A DNA stretch of 64,000 nt from positions 800,001 to 864,000 of the forward strand of contig CAXXFF010000001.1 in NCBI GenBank assembly GCA_963676835.2, read 5' to 3'. Of this stretch, positions 9,472 through 19,970 are shown in pieces; positions within the stretch are counted from its first letter, which is position 1; the number at the start of each line of letters is the position of its first letter. Both the position numbers and the translations under genes were made by a program. The notes under the pieces are model-generated. The model was given only the letters and a program-made list of their open reading frames with translations. It did no database searches and was not told the origin of the DNA. The DNA comes from Marispirochaeta sp. (GTDB taxonomy: Bacteria > Spirochaetota > Spirochaetia > JC444 > Marispirochaetaceae).

Positions 9472-10881
9472 TCACAATTTACTAAGATTAATCTGACTAA
9501 TTTTAAACTTTTTTGCCCCGCTGATGGAAAAACTGCAAATTCCATCGATCCACTCAAGATCCATGTTAATACCGAAATCACTGTTATTCCACCCGGCACC
9601 TACCTGGAGGATAATCTCTCTTTGATCAGGGATTTCTCCGGTTTCCCGGTCACAGCTTTGCCCGGCATAGAGGGAACATTTCAGCTCCTTGACGTGAAGC
9701 TCAAGCCCTGCCCCGGCATCAACAAGACCGCTCCAGGCCTCGGGGGCAATAAGCCATGCCCCCTGTATAGAGATTTTCATTTTCAGTGACTGCACATGGA
9801 TAATTTCAGGAAAAGACATCTCTGCATAAAGAGTATCATCTCCCGCCCAGTATCCCTCCTCCATTTCCAGCTCTATGGTCCGGTAGATTTCACCCTTCCA
9901 TTGCCTGAAATCGAACAAACAGCCTCCGGTTCCGGAGAGAGACCGGTCGGCCTCCACCGGGAGTCCTGTTTCAGCATGTTCGAGCTCTCCACAAAGATCT
10001 AAAAACGGGCGGACCGAAAAAGCTGGAAAGAGCATTGCTTCATATGCTCCATTGTAATGGAATGAAGGCCATGAACGCCGCAAGGTGCGGTATTCGGGGC
10101 TTATCCAGGAGCCGCGCAGGCCGGTATCCAGGTACCTGCTGCTGCTTCTGACCAGAGCCCTGAGGTAATAGCCGGGAGGCAGAAGCCGGTGAAATGAGGC
10201 TGCGGAAAAAACGGAGAGCGTAAAGGGTTCTCCCCCGGCCTCCGCCCGCAAGCCTGTCTGCAGGATTTCTCCAGAAGGAGGAATCCCCCGGGGAAGGTAC
10301 CAGTCATCGTTATCTGCGGGAGTAATGGTACCGTATGCCGCCGCTGCGGAGAGAGACAGTCCCGGCAGCGGTTCTGCCGAAAATTCAGCCCCCGCCTCGG
10401 GAAGCCCCGTATCTCCGACAGTACACGAGAGCATCGCCCTCTCGGGTACAATAACAGCTGCACTTACGCGGCTGGAACTGTCCCAGCTCCGCAGCAGCGA
10501 GGCCCGGGGCAGAGTTGAAAAAACATCGCTCACAGGGGAAGCGCTGGAGGGAGAAAGCAGCTCCTGTAAAGGCCCTTTCAGGCTGAGAGTTCCAGCCTGT
10601 ACCCAGTGAGATGCCAGCCCCCCGCAAAATCGATATTCGTCGGAATTTTGATGTTCAACAAGAAATCCCCCATGCAGAGAAGACAAATCAAGAACAATCC
10701 CCAGATCCTCCTCTTCATCTGAAATATAGCGGGATTTTACCGTCAGGGATTCTTCGCCATACAGAAAACTACCTGCATAAAGAGAAAAAAGAAAAAAAAG
10801 AGGAGGAAACAGCAAAAATAACCAGGCCGTCTGCAGATGCTTCATACCAATAGAAACCGTGGTATTGTCCACCTGCTTCAC
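9472..10881 (-). CDS. Hypothetical exported protein, possibly beta-rich outer-membrane protein
   Basis: 469 aa ORF with hydrophobic N-terminus; no recognised family motif; start uncertain. Confidence 0.5.
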   Translation of the reverse strand: MKQVDNTTVSIGMKHLQTAWLFLLFPPLFFLFSLYAGSFLYGEESLTVKSRYISDEEEDLGIVLDLSSLHGGFLVEHQNSDEYRFCGGLASHWVQAGTLSLKGPLQELLSPSSASPVSDVFSTLPRASLLRSWDSSSRVSAAVIVPERAMLSCTVGDTGLPEAGAEFSAEPLPGLSLSAAAAYGTITPADNDDWYLPRGIPPSGEILQTGLRAEAGGEPFTLSVFSAASFHRLLPPGYYLRALVRSSSRYLDTGLRGSWISPEYRTLRRSWPSFHYNGAYEAMLFPAFSVRPFLDLCGELEHAETGLPVEADRSLSGTGGCLFDFRQWKGEIYRTIELEMEEGYWAGDDTLYAEMSFPEIIHVQSLKMKISIQGAWLIAPEAWSGLVDAGAGLELHVKELKCSLYAGQSCDRETGEIPDQREIILQVGAGWNNSDFGINMDLEWIDGICSFSISGAKKFKISQINLSKL

Positions 10882-10994
10882 CGATACACTTTAACCGCCT
10901 CTATCTTGAAAGGCGCACTCTCTTCGTTTACACTCATTGGACAGGTACAACCGGCTACACACCAGTACGGATTACACTATTTCGGAGGAAAATT

Positions 10995-12335
10995 TTGACA
11001 ATTCTAACCCTGAACTGCGGCTCCTCGTCGCTTAAATACCAGCTCTATGACTGGAGCAACAAGATGATCATGGCCTCGGGTATCGTTGAGCGAATTACCC
11101 AGGAAGGCTCCAAGATTGAACATAAGGTTACCGGCAAAGATGAATTAGAGAAGCAGCACGACTGCCCCACCCATAAAGAGGCCATTGAGCTGATTCTCGA
11201 TGTGCTTGTAGACCCCGAGTACGGCGCACTTAAATCGGTAGATGAGATTAAAGCTGTGGGCCACCGGGTAGTACACGGCGGTGAAAAGTTTGCCCGCTCC
11301 GTACTGGTGGATGAACAGGTTCTTGCATCCTTTACCGAGATTCAGGATCTTGCCCCCCTGCACAACCCGGCCAACATTCTGGGAATCACCTCCGCACAGG
11401 AAGTTATGCCCAATGTTCCCCAGTGTGCAATTATCGACACCGCCTGGCACCAGACCATGCCCGCCACCAGCTACATGTACGCCCTTCCCCGCAAGTGGTA
11501 TGAAGACTTTGCTGTTCGGCGCTACGGGTTCCACGGAACCAGCTTCCTTTACTGTGCAAAGCGGGCTGCGGTACTGCTTGGAAAAGACCCCTTTAAAACC
11601 AACGTAATTATTGCCCACATTGGAAACGGTTCGTCCATCAATGCAGTAAAAGACGGAGTATCTGTGGATACTTCCATGGGTCTTACTCCCCTGGAAGGAC
11701 TGATAATGGGAACCCGTTCCGGAGATATGGATCCTGCTATTCCCTTCTTTATGATGAAGAAACTCGGCGCAAGCCCCGATGAAATGGAAACCATTCTGAA
11801 CAAGAAGAGCGGTGTTCTTGGAATTACCGAGCAGTACACCGACCGACGGGACATTGAAATTGCCGCAGAAAAGGGCGACCCCAAGGCTCAGCTTTCCATC
11901 GATATGGAATCCTACCGGATAAAGAAATATATCGGAGCTTACTCTGCAGCCCTCGGCCGGGTGGATGCCCTGGTATTCACCGCAGGTGTTGGTGAAAGAG
12001 GCCCCATTATCCGGGAAAAAGTAACCGCCGAGCTTGAGAATATCGGAATCAAGGTGGACAAGGAGAAGAACATCGCCTCCATGACCCGTTATGCTGAAAC
12101 CGAAATTTCCACTCCCGATTCCAGGGTGAAGGTATTTGTTATTCCCACCGACGAAGAGCTGGTTATGACAGAAGACACCTACGCCCTTCTGGAAGGTACC
12201 TACAAGGATCACACCGACTACAAGTACTACTTCCAGAGCGCAGACTACGAGAACAAATCACGCCTTGAGTCTCTTCAGAAAGACCTGGCAAAACGCCCCG
12301 GTCTGGATAAGATTCTGGCAAAACCTGCTAAATAA
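10995..12335 (+). CDS. ackA: Acetate kinase (paralogue 2, C-terminally extended)
   Basis: GGAGG RBS + TTG; LNCGSSSLKY, GHRVVHGG, RRYGFHGTS, HIGNGSS, TDEEL. Confidence 0.94.
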   Translation: MTILTLNCGSSSLKYQLYDWSNKMIMASGIVERITQEGSKIEHKVTGKDELEKQHDCPTHKEAIELILDVLVDPEYGALKSVDEIKAVGHRVVHGGEKFARSVLVDEQVLASFTEIQDLAPLHNPANILGITSAQEVMPNVPQCAIIDTAWHQTMPATSYMYALPRKWYEDFAVRRYGFHGTSFLYCAKRAAVLLGKDPFKTNVIIAHIGNGSSINAVKDGVSVDTSMGLTPLEGLIMGTRSGDMDPAIPFFMMKKLGASPDEMETILNKKSGVLGITEQYTDRRDIEIAAEKGDPKAQLSIDMESYRIKKYIGAYSAALGRVDALVFTAGVGERGPIIREKVTAELENIGIKVDKEKNIASMTRYAETEISTPDSRVKVFVIPTDEELVMTEDTYALLEGTYKDHTDYKYYFQSADYENKSRLESLQKDLAKRPGLDKILAKPAK

Positions 12336-12630
12336 AAGCGGTTTCTGCTTCAGTATCAGCCGCCGGTATTTGCCGGCGGTTTTTTATTGTCTCTGATTCT
12401 GTATCAGTACGGGAAAAACATATCTTTGAGTTTTCCAATGCTTCGGCAACGGCTTTGGAGCCGACGGTAATCTTTTCTCCCGGTCCGAGAAAACGATCTC
12501 CGCTTCCCTTCCAGGTTAGCCAGAGACGCCCTTCCATACATTCAAGGCTGATGCCCCTGCCGATCCTGCTGCAGCTTCCCCTGCGCCAACTACCCTTCTC
12601 TCTGTTCTGATTTGCACCTGTTCTTTTCAT
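12328..12630 (-). CDS. DUF2917-like small protein
   Basis: LECMEGRLWLTWKGSGDRFLGPGE pattern; divergent from a MocR regulator; start at ATG 12630. Confidence 0.7.
   Translation of the reverse strand: MKRTGANQNREKGSWRRGSCSRIGRGISLECMEGRLWLTWKGSGDRFLGPGEKITVGSKAVAEALENSKICFSRTDTESETIKNRRQIPAADTEAETAFI
12359..12385 (+). terminator. Rho-independent terminator after ackA
   Basis: GCCGCCGG-tatttg-CCGGCGGT followed by a T run. Confidence 0.75.
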
Positions 12631-12792
12631 GCTGCCATGATAAGAAGGATAAAAGCAGAAAAACAGCATCAGTACCGCTGATTTTTTTCCTGACAGAGAA
12701 GAGATATTACCAACTGTGTGCTTTCCGGGAGGTAAAACTGTATCTGTAACCCCGTCTGCTTCTGTATTATACTCAGAAGCAGAAAAAGAGTG

Positions 12793-14226
12793 ATGATGGA
12801 AAAGCAGACAGCAAAATACCGGCAAATCCTCGATGTTGTTCAGAACATGATTGCAGAAGGTGTACTCAAACCCGGAGACAGGGTCCCGTCCTTAAGAAGC
12901 CTGAGCGCTGACCTCGGGGTAAGCGTCAATACCGTAAGGGAAGCCTACTGGGAGCTTGAAAGCAGCCAGATAATCGAGGCAATTCCCCAGTCCGGCTATT
13001 TTGTACGCCCGTCGCTTCCCGGGCAGGCTGAACAGACGGCCGAAGTGTTCTCCCCGGATCCCTGCGAAGTAAGTCTCTGCCAGGTCTACGCGAACTTTCA
13101 GGAACAGGGCATGCCAGCCGCGGGAATGAACCTTGGAATATCACATCTGGACGAAGACCTCCGTCCCCGGCAGAAGCTGAGCAGATACTTTCAGGAAGTC
13201 TTCAGGGAACAGAGTTCGGAATCCTTCAACTATTCCATGGCACCGGGACTGCAGGAGCTCAGAGAGCAGATTGCCCGCTATGCCCTCCAGGGCGGTGTGG
13301 ATGTTTCCCCCCGGGAAGTGGTTGTAACCAACGGCTGTAATGAGGCGGTATTCCTTGCCATGCGATCGATCTGTTCCCCGGGCGATATCATAGCCATAGA
13401 AAGCCCGGTCTATTTCAACTTTCTTCAGCTGCTGCAGGAGCTGGGCATAAAGATCATCGAGATCCCCTCCACCCCGGAAAAGGGAATGAGCATAGAGGCC
13501 CTGCGCTTTGCCTTTGAACGCTTCGATATCAAGGCGGTGTTCTCTATAACCACCTTCAACAACCCCCTGGGCTCCACCCTTTCGGATGCAGACAAGCAGG
13601 CCCTGGTGGAACTGATCAACGAGAAGGAGAGCTTTCTTATAGAAGATGATATCTATGCAGACCTTCATTCCGGCAGACACCGGCCCAGAAGCTGCAAATC
13701 CTGGGACACCGAAGGAAGGGTTCTCCTCTGCTCTTCCTTTTCCAAAACCGTTGAGCCCGGCGTAAGGCTGGGATGGGTACTGGGAGGAAGAATGCTCAAC
13801 CGGATTATCAGGCTGAAGACCCTGCTTAATATAGGTACATCAACACCGACCCAGAAGGCCTTCGCCCGCTTCCTCAAGGAGGGAGGCTACGACCGCCACC
13901 TGAGAAAAATCCGCGGCATAATCAGCGACTACCGGGAGCAGATGCGAAATGTGGTTCTGGAAACATTCCCCGAGGGAACAAGCGTCAGCAATCCCGACGG
14001 CGGACTGGTCATATGGGTTACCCTGCCGTCCCATATGGACTCCATGGAGCTCTACTATTCCGCCCTGGATAAGGGAATAATCATTGCCCCCGGATCGCTG
14101 TTTACCTGTTCGGACAAATACGGCAGCGCCTTCCGTCTGAACGCCGGCCACTGGAATACAGGCGTGGAGCAGACCATCCGTGTGCTTGGCAGGCTGGCCA
14201 GGGAACAGGCCAAAAACATAGCCTGA
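12793..14226 (+). CDS. MocR/GabR-family PLP-dependent GntR regulator
   Basis: GntR HTH (PSLRSLSADLGVSVNTVREAY), aminotransferase motifs IEDDIY and SSFSKTVEPGVRLGW. Confidence 0.93.
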   Translation: MMEKQTAKYRQILDVVQNMIAEGVLKPGDRVPSLRSLSADLGVSVNTVREAYWELESSQIIEAIPQSGYFVRPSLPGQAEQTAEVFSPDPCEVSLCQVYANFQEQGMPAAGMNLGISHLDEDLRPRQKLSRYFQEVFREQSSESFNYSMAPGLQELREQIARYALQGGVDVSPREVVVTNGCNEAVFLAMRSICSPGDIIAIESPVYFNFLQLLQELGIKIIEIPSTPEKGMSIEALRFAFERFDIKAVFSITTFNNPLGSTLSDADKQALVELINEKESFLIEDDIYADLHSGRHRPRSCKSWDTEGRVLLCSSFSKTVEPGVRLGWVLGGRMLNRIIRLKTLLNIGTSTPTQKAFARFLKEGGYDRHLRKIRGIISDYREQMRNVVLETFPEGTSVSNPDGGLVIWVTLPSHMDSMELYYSALDKGIIIAPGSLFTCSDKYGSAFRLNAGHWNTGVEQTIRVLGRLAREQAKNIA

Positions 14227-14240
14227 AAAATGCATCACGA

Positions 14241-16478
14241 TCAGAAATAGCCGCTGCTCCAGCGTTCAGCCCCGAAAATGAACATAGGCAGAATCAGCAC
14301 AATACAGAAGCCTATAAACAGCAGACCGTCGGAAAAACGGAGCGGCGGTACCTTGTGCAGATGCCTGGGCGTATTATCCAGCCCCCGGCCGTCCATGGCT
14401 ACCGCGATTCTTCCCGCCCGTCTGAAGGCTGCGACAAAAATGCCGAAGTAGACCCGGAACTCCTGTCTGAGCCTTGAGGAGATGCCTTTTGCCCCGTATT
14501 CCCGCAGCCTGATTGCCCGGCGGATAAGCTCTCCCTCCGCCTTCAATTCCGGCCCGATTCTGAATGCAATCATAAGGGCATATACCAGCTTCGGCGGCAG
14601 TTTGAGATAGTGCATAAGGGAGTGGCTGAAGAGCTCCGGATCGAGATCCTCAACAAAGAGCAGGGAGTAGATACCGAACACCAGAGACCTGCAGAAAAGG
14701 AGCAGGCCGTTTTCAAATCCAGCGCTGAATCCTCCGCTTCGGTGGAAGAGCAGGTTTGCCCAGAGGAACCCCGCACCGATGAGGGCAAAGGGGATGATCC
14801 GTTTAAGAAACCTGAAGGGTGTGAGACTGGTAAAAGCAAGGGCAGACAGGGTTCCTGCGGCCAGCCACCCGAGGGTAGCTTCCAGGGAGGAGACAAAACC
14901 CGCACCGATGATAATTAGAAGTGCACCCGCTGCACGGACAAGGGGGTTCCGCCTGCCGAGAATTGACCGGGGGGCGACATGGTTATTCTGCTCTGCCTGT
15001 GCTGAAGTGTTTCGGGGTACGGTATCCTCTCCGGTTTCCGCAATCCTTCCGTCCTGCAGACGCAGTATGCGGTCCGCCGCTGCTTCCGCAAAAGGACGGT
15101 CATGGGTGACCACCAGGAGGGACTGTCCGCCGTCCCGCAGCCGGGCATGTAGATGTAAAAGTTCCACCACCCCCGGCCCGTCAAGGCCGAAAGTCGGCTC
15201 ATCCATAAGAATAAGAGGCGCAGAGGAAAGAGAAGCAATTGCAAGGTTGAGCCGCCGCTTCTGTCCCGAGGAGAGAGTATAGGGATTCCGCTCCCCGTAT
15301 TCATTCAGACCGAATCCGTCCAGAGCCTGCAGGGCGGTACCGCTACATCCGCCTGAAGCATGAAGGAGCTCCTCCATTACGCTTGCAGCGATAAAGAGAT
15401 GCTCCGGATTCTGGGGAACAATGAATACCCCGGACGATGATTCGGGTAGAGTTGCTTCCGGGGCCCATGCAATATCTCCGGACAGACTGCCTTTTATTCT
15501 TCCTCTTTTTCTCCTGGACTTCACACTTCCACGGTCCGGCCCTCCCGCATCAGAGGCAAGAAGGTTGAGCAGCGTTGACTTTCCGCTGCCGTTCCGCCCT
15601 TCCAGAACGGTAATCTCCCCCCGGTAAAGGGTCAGATTGAGCCGGTCCAGTACAGGAGCAGGACATTCCCGGTATGAGAAGGTGAGATCTTTTACCTGAA
15701 GCAGCGGCACCGCCTGTTCTGGTTCTTCCCGGCGGGAATACCGGCCTATGGAGGGAAAATCACTGCCCCAGACTGGCGGAGGGTTCTTCAGGGAAGATAC
15801 CACGCCGTTTTCCACCGTCAGGATTGTATCAGCCTGAGGGAGCCCGTCGGTGCGGTGTTCCACCACCATTAGGGTCAGTTGCGGATGAATATTCTTAATT
15901 GTTTTCAGGAGACCGAGTACCCGAGTCCGGTTCTCTGCATCCAGGTAGGAACAGGGTTCATCAAGAATCAGAACATCCGGAACCAGTGCCGCAGCTGAAG
16001 CCAGGGCGACCATCTGCTTTTCACCGCCGCTTAAAGAGATAAGGTCCCTGCCCTTAAGATGGTCTATGGCGAAATCTGCAAGGATACGGCTGGTTATCCG
16101 CTCTATTTCCAGAGCAGAGATGCCGCGGTTTTCCAGAAGCAGGGATATTTCGCTCTCCACGGTAAGAGTACAAAGCTGGGATGACGGGTCCTGAAAGATG
16201 TAGGCGCAAGTCTCGACCCGCTGCCGGGGTTCCAGTTCCGCCGGGTCCTTTTCCATTACCCGGACAAGCCCACTGCGCTTGCCGGGAACGATCCCCGGAA
16301 GCATACCCGCCGCTGTAAGCCCCAGGGTGCTTTTGCCCGAACCGTTGGGGCCGAGAATCCAGCAGACGCCGCCGGAAGCAACGGAGAAGTCCGCTCCGCT
16401 GACGGCGGTAGATGCAGCCCGGGGATACTTAACTGTAAGCTGTTCTCCCCGGACAGCACATGAACTGCTATTCTTCAT
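14241..16478 (-). CDS. Fused ECF transporter double ATPase + T component (YkoD-YkoC fusion)
   Basis: Two Walker A motifs (GPNGSGKST, GRNGSGKST), LSGGEKQ/LSSGQKR, C-terminal CbiQ/EcfT domain with AIRLR and AMDGRG. Confidence 0.88.
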   Translation of the reverse strand: MKNSSSCAVRGEQLTVKYPRAASTAVSGADFSVASGGVCWILGPNGSGKSTLGLTAAGMLPGIVPGKRSGLVRVMEKDPAELEPRQRVETCAYIFQDPSSQLCTLTVESEISLLLENRGISALEIERITSRILADFAIDHLKGRDLISLSGGEKQMVALASAAALVPDVLILDEPCSYLDAENRTRVLGLLKTIKNIHPQLTLMVVEHRTDGLPQADTILTVENGVVSSLKNPPPVWGSDFPSIGRYSRREEPEQAVPLLQVKDLTFSYRECPAPVLDRLNLTLYRGEITVLEGRNGSGKSTLLNLLASDAGGPDRGSVKSRRKRGRIKGSLSGDIAWAPEATLPESSSGVFIVPQNPEHLFIAASVMEELLHASGGCSGTALQALDGFGLNEYGERNPYTLSSGQKRRLNLAIASLSSAPLILMDEPTFGLDGPGVVELLHLHARLRDGGQSLLVVTHDRPFAEAAADRILRLQDGRIAETGEDTVPRNTSAQAEQNNHVAPRSILGRRNPLVRAAGALLIIIGAGFVSSLEATLGWLAAGTLSALAFTSLTPFRFLKRIIPFALIGAGFLWANLLFHRSGGFSAGFENGLLLFCRSLVFGIYSLLFVEDLDPELFSHSLMHYLKLPPKLVYALMIAFRIGPELKAEGELIRRAIRLREYGAKGISSRLRQEFRVYFGIFVAAFRRAGRIAVAMDGRGLDNTPRHLHKVPPLRFSDGLLFIGFCIVLILPMFIFGAERWSSGYF

Positions 16479-16487
16479 CGTCCTCTA

Positions 16488-17066
16488 TTAATCATTATCT
16501 TCGATGGCAAGACCGTCAAAAACACCGGTCTTCCGCAGACCGTCGGCCAGGAATTTCGGCAGAAGGGCACCAAGGACCGCGCCGGAAGTACAGCGGATAA
16601 GGAACATGGCAATCAGCATACCCGGAGCCATACTGCCGTAATCAAAGCGGATCCAGTTATAGACAAAACTGAAAACCGCCGCAGAGACACCGGAAAGAAT
16701 CAGTACAGGAAGGCTGTACTTCCGCCAGCGGGTTGCCAGAAAGGGAACTTCAGATCCGAAGCCCTGCACCGCCCCGGTGAGAAGCATGATTGCGCCCGCG
16801 GCGTTCCCCGCAAGAATTTCCGCAACAACCGCCAGCATGGCAGTGGCAAAGGCAACCCAGGGCTTGCGCACGACATAGGCGGTAAAAACTGATCCCGCAA
16901 ACCAGAACCCGAAGACGATGTCCATCGCAAGGGGACCGATAATGCCCTGAGCTAACAGCCACACCTGAATCCAGGCGAGGTAGCAGACAGCAAATACAAC
17001 AGAGGATACCGCGACTACAACGGTATCACGGGTGGACCACATGAGAGATCTTTTAGACATTTCCAT
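16488..17066 (-). CDS. ykoE: ECF S component, YkoE (thiamine/HMP) family
   Basis: WSTRD, VRKPWVA, GAVQGFGSE, LADGLRKTGV; downstream of a TPP riboswitch. Confidence 0.85.
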   Translation of the reverse strand: MEMSKRSLMWSTRDTVVVAVSSVVFAVCYLAWIQVWLLAQGIIGPLAMDIVFGFWFAGSVFTAYVVRKPWVAFATAMLAVVAEILAGNAAGAIMLLTGAVQGFGSEVPFLATRWRKYSLPVLILSGVSAAVFSFVYNWIRFDYGSMAPGMLIAMFLIRCTSGAVLGALLPKFLADGLRKTGVFDGLAIEDND

Positions 17067-17701
17067 TAGAATGTTTCTCCTTTTTTCTTTCTTTCTGAAT
17101 TACTGGGACTATTGGCCGACACGGTGGCATGAATAACCACGTGGGAAACTTCAGTCGAGATAAAACTTTCATAGATTGACTGAAAAACCTTGTCTGCCGG
17201 GCCGTCCAGACGGGTGCAGAAATTTTTGGACCGGGTAAAGGTTCCCATTCGTTTTGCACCGTCTACAGCACCGTAGATACGGTCCATATAATCCACTGCG
17301 CCCAGGGGATAGAGCGAAAACTGGGCGGAGACTTCAACATCTGCACCCTCCCCCGCAGGGATTTCTGCAGGCGGTTCCGGTTCCTCCGCAGGACTTATAC
17401 CGGAGGCACAGCAGACGGCTTCCCCGGGACAGCCGCGGCTGAACAAAATGCTTCCGGCCACATGTTCTCCCGATACCGCAGCGGCACAGAAAGAATCACG
17501 GATGGCGGCAAATACCTTTTCCGCGTCTCCCCGCACCAGGGTACTGATATCGTCGGTTTCAACTTTGAGATTGTTTTCTCCCGCGGCTTTCAGCTTCTCC
17601 ACCGCAGGCAAGATTACCTCCACGAACCTTCCGGTCATGGGGTATAGCGAGTATTGAGTTCCACACTCCAAGGACAGGCCCCCTTTATAAACAGATTTCA
17701 A
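17066..17701 (-). CDS. ykoF: YkoF thiamine/HMP-binding protein (tandem domains)
   Basis: Two repeats QYSLYPM.../QFSLYPL...; VETDDIST, SRGCPGE, SANSPS. Confidence 0.85.
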   Translation of the reverse strand: MKSVYKGGLSLECGTQYSLYPMTGRFVEVILPAVEKLKAAGENNLKVETDDISTLVRGDAEKVFAAIRDSFCAAAVSGEHVAGSILFSRGCPGEAVCCASGISPAEEPEPPAEIPAGEGADVEVSAQFSLYPLGAVDYMDRIYGAVDGAKRMGTFTRSKNFCTRLDGPADKVFQSIYESFISTEVSHVVIHATVSANSPSNSERKKKGETF

Positions 17702-17823
17702 ACAGATGTTTCGGGGGAGTAAGAGAAATGCAAACGGCCGCTCTCCCTGTACAGATTTGTCAAGGATGCGGCCGCACTGAAAATTCGCCTCTTTACCGGT
17801 AGCCGATAAAAAGTATAGCGAAA

Positions 17824-17920
17824 ACCCGTCCCTTCGCCGGCATTACCCGGATCAGGTTCAAAGGGTCGAGAGCACCTTGAGCTCTCCTCTCAGTCCGGCA
17901 ATGTTCCGAACTCCCCGTAA
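17824..17920 (-). ncRNA. TPP (THI-box) riboswitch
   Basis: Minus strand reads GGGGAG...CTGAGAG...GACCCTTTGAACCTGATCCGGGTAATGCCGGCGAAGGGA, upstream of ykoF. Confidence 0.95.
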
Positions 17921-18040
17921 ATATGTTGAGGATCATAGTATCTGCAGACAGAAAAGGTCAATAGATAATTTTTTACTTTTTATCTGAATCAATCAAAAAC
18001 TACTTGTATCATCTGTGATATACCATTCATACTCCGGAAT

Positions 18041-19222
18041 ATGGATCAACGATATACATCACGGCCGATGCTGCTGGTCAGCATGCTGGTACTGGCGATC
18101 TTCTTCTCCATGGGTTCAAGGGTTCTGTTTTCTCCCCTTATGCCACTGCTGCAGGAGGAGCTGAACTTCAACCTGACCACCGCCGGAACCCTGTTCTTGC
18201 TGGTGAGCATCAGCTATGCAGTTTCAATGATGTTTGCCGGATTTCTTTCCGCAAAGGTAGGTCATGGGAACACCATTACCATAGCGCTTGCTGCAATGGG
18301 TACCGGCCTGCTTCTGGCTGCAGTTGCGATGAACGCCCTAATGCTGGCCCTTTCTCTGGTAATGATCGGTTGTGCCGCCGGCCTCTATCCCCCTTCCGGC
18401 CTTATGATGATAAATACCAAAATTGATCCCGCCCACCGGAGTAAAGCTCTTTCTCTTCATGAGCTCGGACCCAATACAGCCCTGCTGACTGCGCCGCTCA
18501 TTGTAATTGCCCTTGAGCCTTGGGTCGGCTGGCGTGGAGTTCTGGTTGTTATGGCGGTGATCGTTGCCGTTGCAACCACGGTATTCAAGAAATGGGGAGC
18601 ACCGGACAGCGGCGTTGGAACTGCACCGAATTTTTCAACAATTGGAACGATCCTGAAAAACCGCAGCACCATTTTAGGTATGATGCTTCTAACCTCAATA
18701 ATTGCCAGCCAGCAGGGAGTATACGCGATTCTCCCGGCCTATCTGGTTACCGAACACGGCATGGATAAGAGCTTTGTGAACCTTATGCTGTCTCTTTCGC
18801 GGATTACCGGGATCCTCTTGCTTTTAAAAGCGGGCTCGGTAATTCACAGGATTGGAAGACGGCGTACAATGACCATTACCCTTACCTTCTCTGCAGTCTT
18901 TACCGCACTATTGGGGCTGATTCACGGCCCCATGATTGCAGTGGTAATCATCCTGCAGCCGGCAATCCTTACCGTCTGTTTCCCCGCCCTGCTTTCGGCA
19001 ATGGCGGACATCGGTGAAGCCCGCTATCAGAATATTACCTACTCCCTGATTATCACCGCAGGATTCGGTACCGGATCCGGTGTGGTTCCGGCACTGTTAG
19101 GAGTATTCGGCGACATGGGCATAGGCTGGGCAGGATTTGTCCTGCTCGCAGCCTTCATGCTCATATCACTTACCTTTATGCTTGTGACGCCGGTTTTCGG
19201 GAAGGATGCGAAGCAGCGGTAA
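18041..19222 (+). CDS. MFS transporter
   Basis: About 12 TM segments; AGFLSAKVGHG and HRIGRRR loop motifs. Confidence 0.88.
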   Translation: MDQRYTSRPMLLVSMLVLAIFFSMGSRVLFSPLMPLLQEELNFNLTTAGTLFLLVSISYAVSMMFAGFLSAKVGHGNTITIALAAMGTGLLLAAVAMNALMLALSLVMIGCAAGLYPPSGLMMINTKIDPAHRSKALSLHELGPNTALLTAPLIVIALEPWVGWRGVLVVMAVIVAVATTVFKKWGAPDSGVGTAPNFSTIGTILKNRSTILGMMLLTSIIASQQGVYAILPAYLVTEHGMDKSFVNLMLSLSRITGILLLLKAGSVIHRIGRRRTMTITLTFSAVFTALLGLIHGPMIAVVIILQPAILTVCFPALLSAMADIGEARYQNITYSLIITAGFGTGSGVVPALLGVFGDMGIGWAGFVLLAAFMLISLTFMLVTPVFGKDAKQR

Positions 19223-19273
19223 AAGGGATTCTTCTGCCCTGGGGGTATGCTATTTTTTCCGGCTTATCAGTTC

Positions 19274-19531
19274 TCAGGCGATAATATGCGGCGCCTCAAC
19301 GATGCTTTGACTGTACAGAATTTCAGGATCAATATCCGCTCCATTAGGCCATTCAATGGAATCAAATTTCACAGACACCGCATTAAAGATTGATAAATCC
19401 CGCAACTCAGAAAAAATGCCGGTATTGAGATAAGTTGACATATCAAAATAACGTTTTTCATCATTTTCAAATGTGAGCAGTAATTTATAATCCGGTAAAG
19501 GCCTGACAGCTTTAACTCCTAAATACATCAA
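19274..19531 (-). CDS. DUF2442 antitoxin-like protein
   Basis: VRPLPDYKLLLTFEN...IEWPNGADIDPEILY. Confidence 0.88.
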   Translation of the reverse strand: MMYLGVKAVRPLPDYKLLLTFENDEKRYFDMSTYLNTGIFSELRDLSIFNAVSVKFDSIEWPNGADIDPEILYSQSIVEAPHIIA

Positions 19532-19538
19532 AGACTCC

Positions 19539-19805
19539 TTATCTTAGTGGATCAATCTTGAATGGTATTTCACCATTTTGAGCAAGCTTCCAATCAGCCA
19601 ATAGTTCATCTTTATGCAGTTCTGCCCATGCTTCTATTAGTTTTATCTGCTTTCCCGGGATATTTCCCTCAGTCATTTCACAGATATTGATATCAAAAAT
19701 TCCCTTAAAATCCTGATAATAAGCGTGAAAATGAGGGGGATTATGTTCTTTTTTCCCGAGATACATGCGAATGACAATTCCGAAAAACATCGACAACGTA
19801 GGCAT
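19539..19805 (-). CDS. DUF4160 toxin-like (HicA-fold) protein
   Basis: MPTLSMFFGIVIRMY...HNPPHFHAYY...WAELHKDELLADW. Confidence 0.9.
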   Translation of the reverse strand: MPTLSMFFGIVIRMYLGKKEHNPPHFHAYYQDFKGIFDINICEMTEGNIPGKQIKLIEAWAELHKDELLADWKLAQNGEIPFKIDPLR

Positions 19806-19970
19806 AGTTACAGTATATCAGCACAGTTACTCTAAGTCTATTTTGCAGTCCGTTTTGTAATTTTTTCCCATTAAAAGGTACGGTCGTCTTCATAGAAGAG
19901 CTTGTCGATGGAGAAGCATGCCAAGTTGTAGACGTAAGCTTCTATGTGCAGATTAGAGGAGTTTTTAAGT

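Noticed and set aside
11145..12212. Long antisense ORFs (also 4995-5768, 33716-34456, 38940-39674, 565-1023 and others)
   Set aside because: Shadows of well-supported genes on the opposite strand, with no recognisable motifs.
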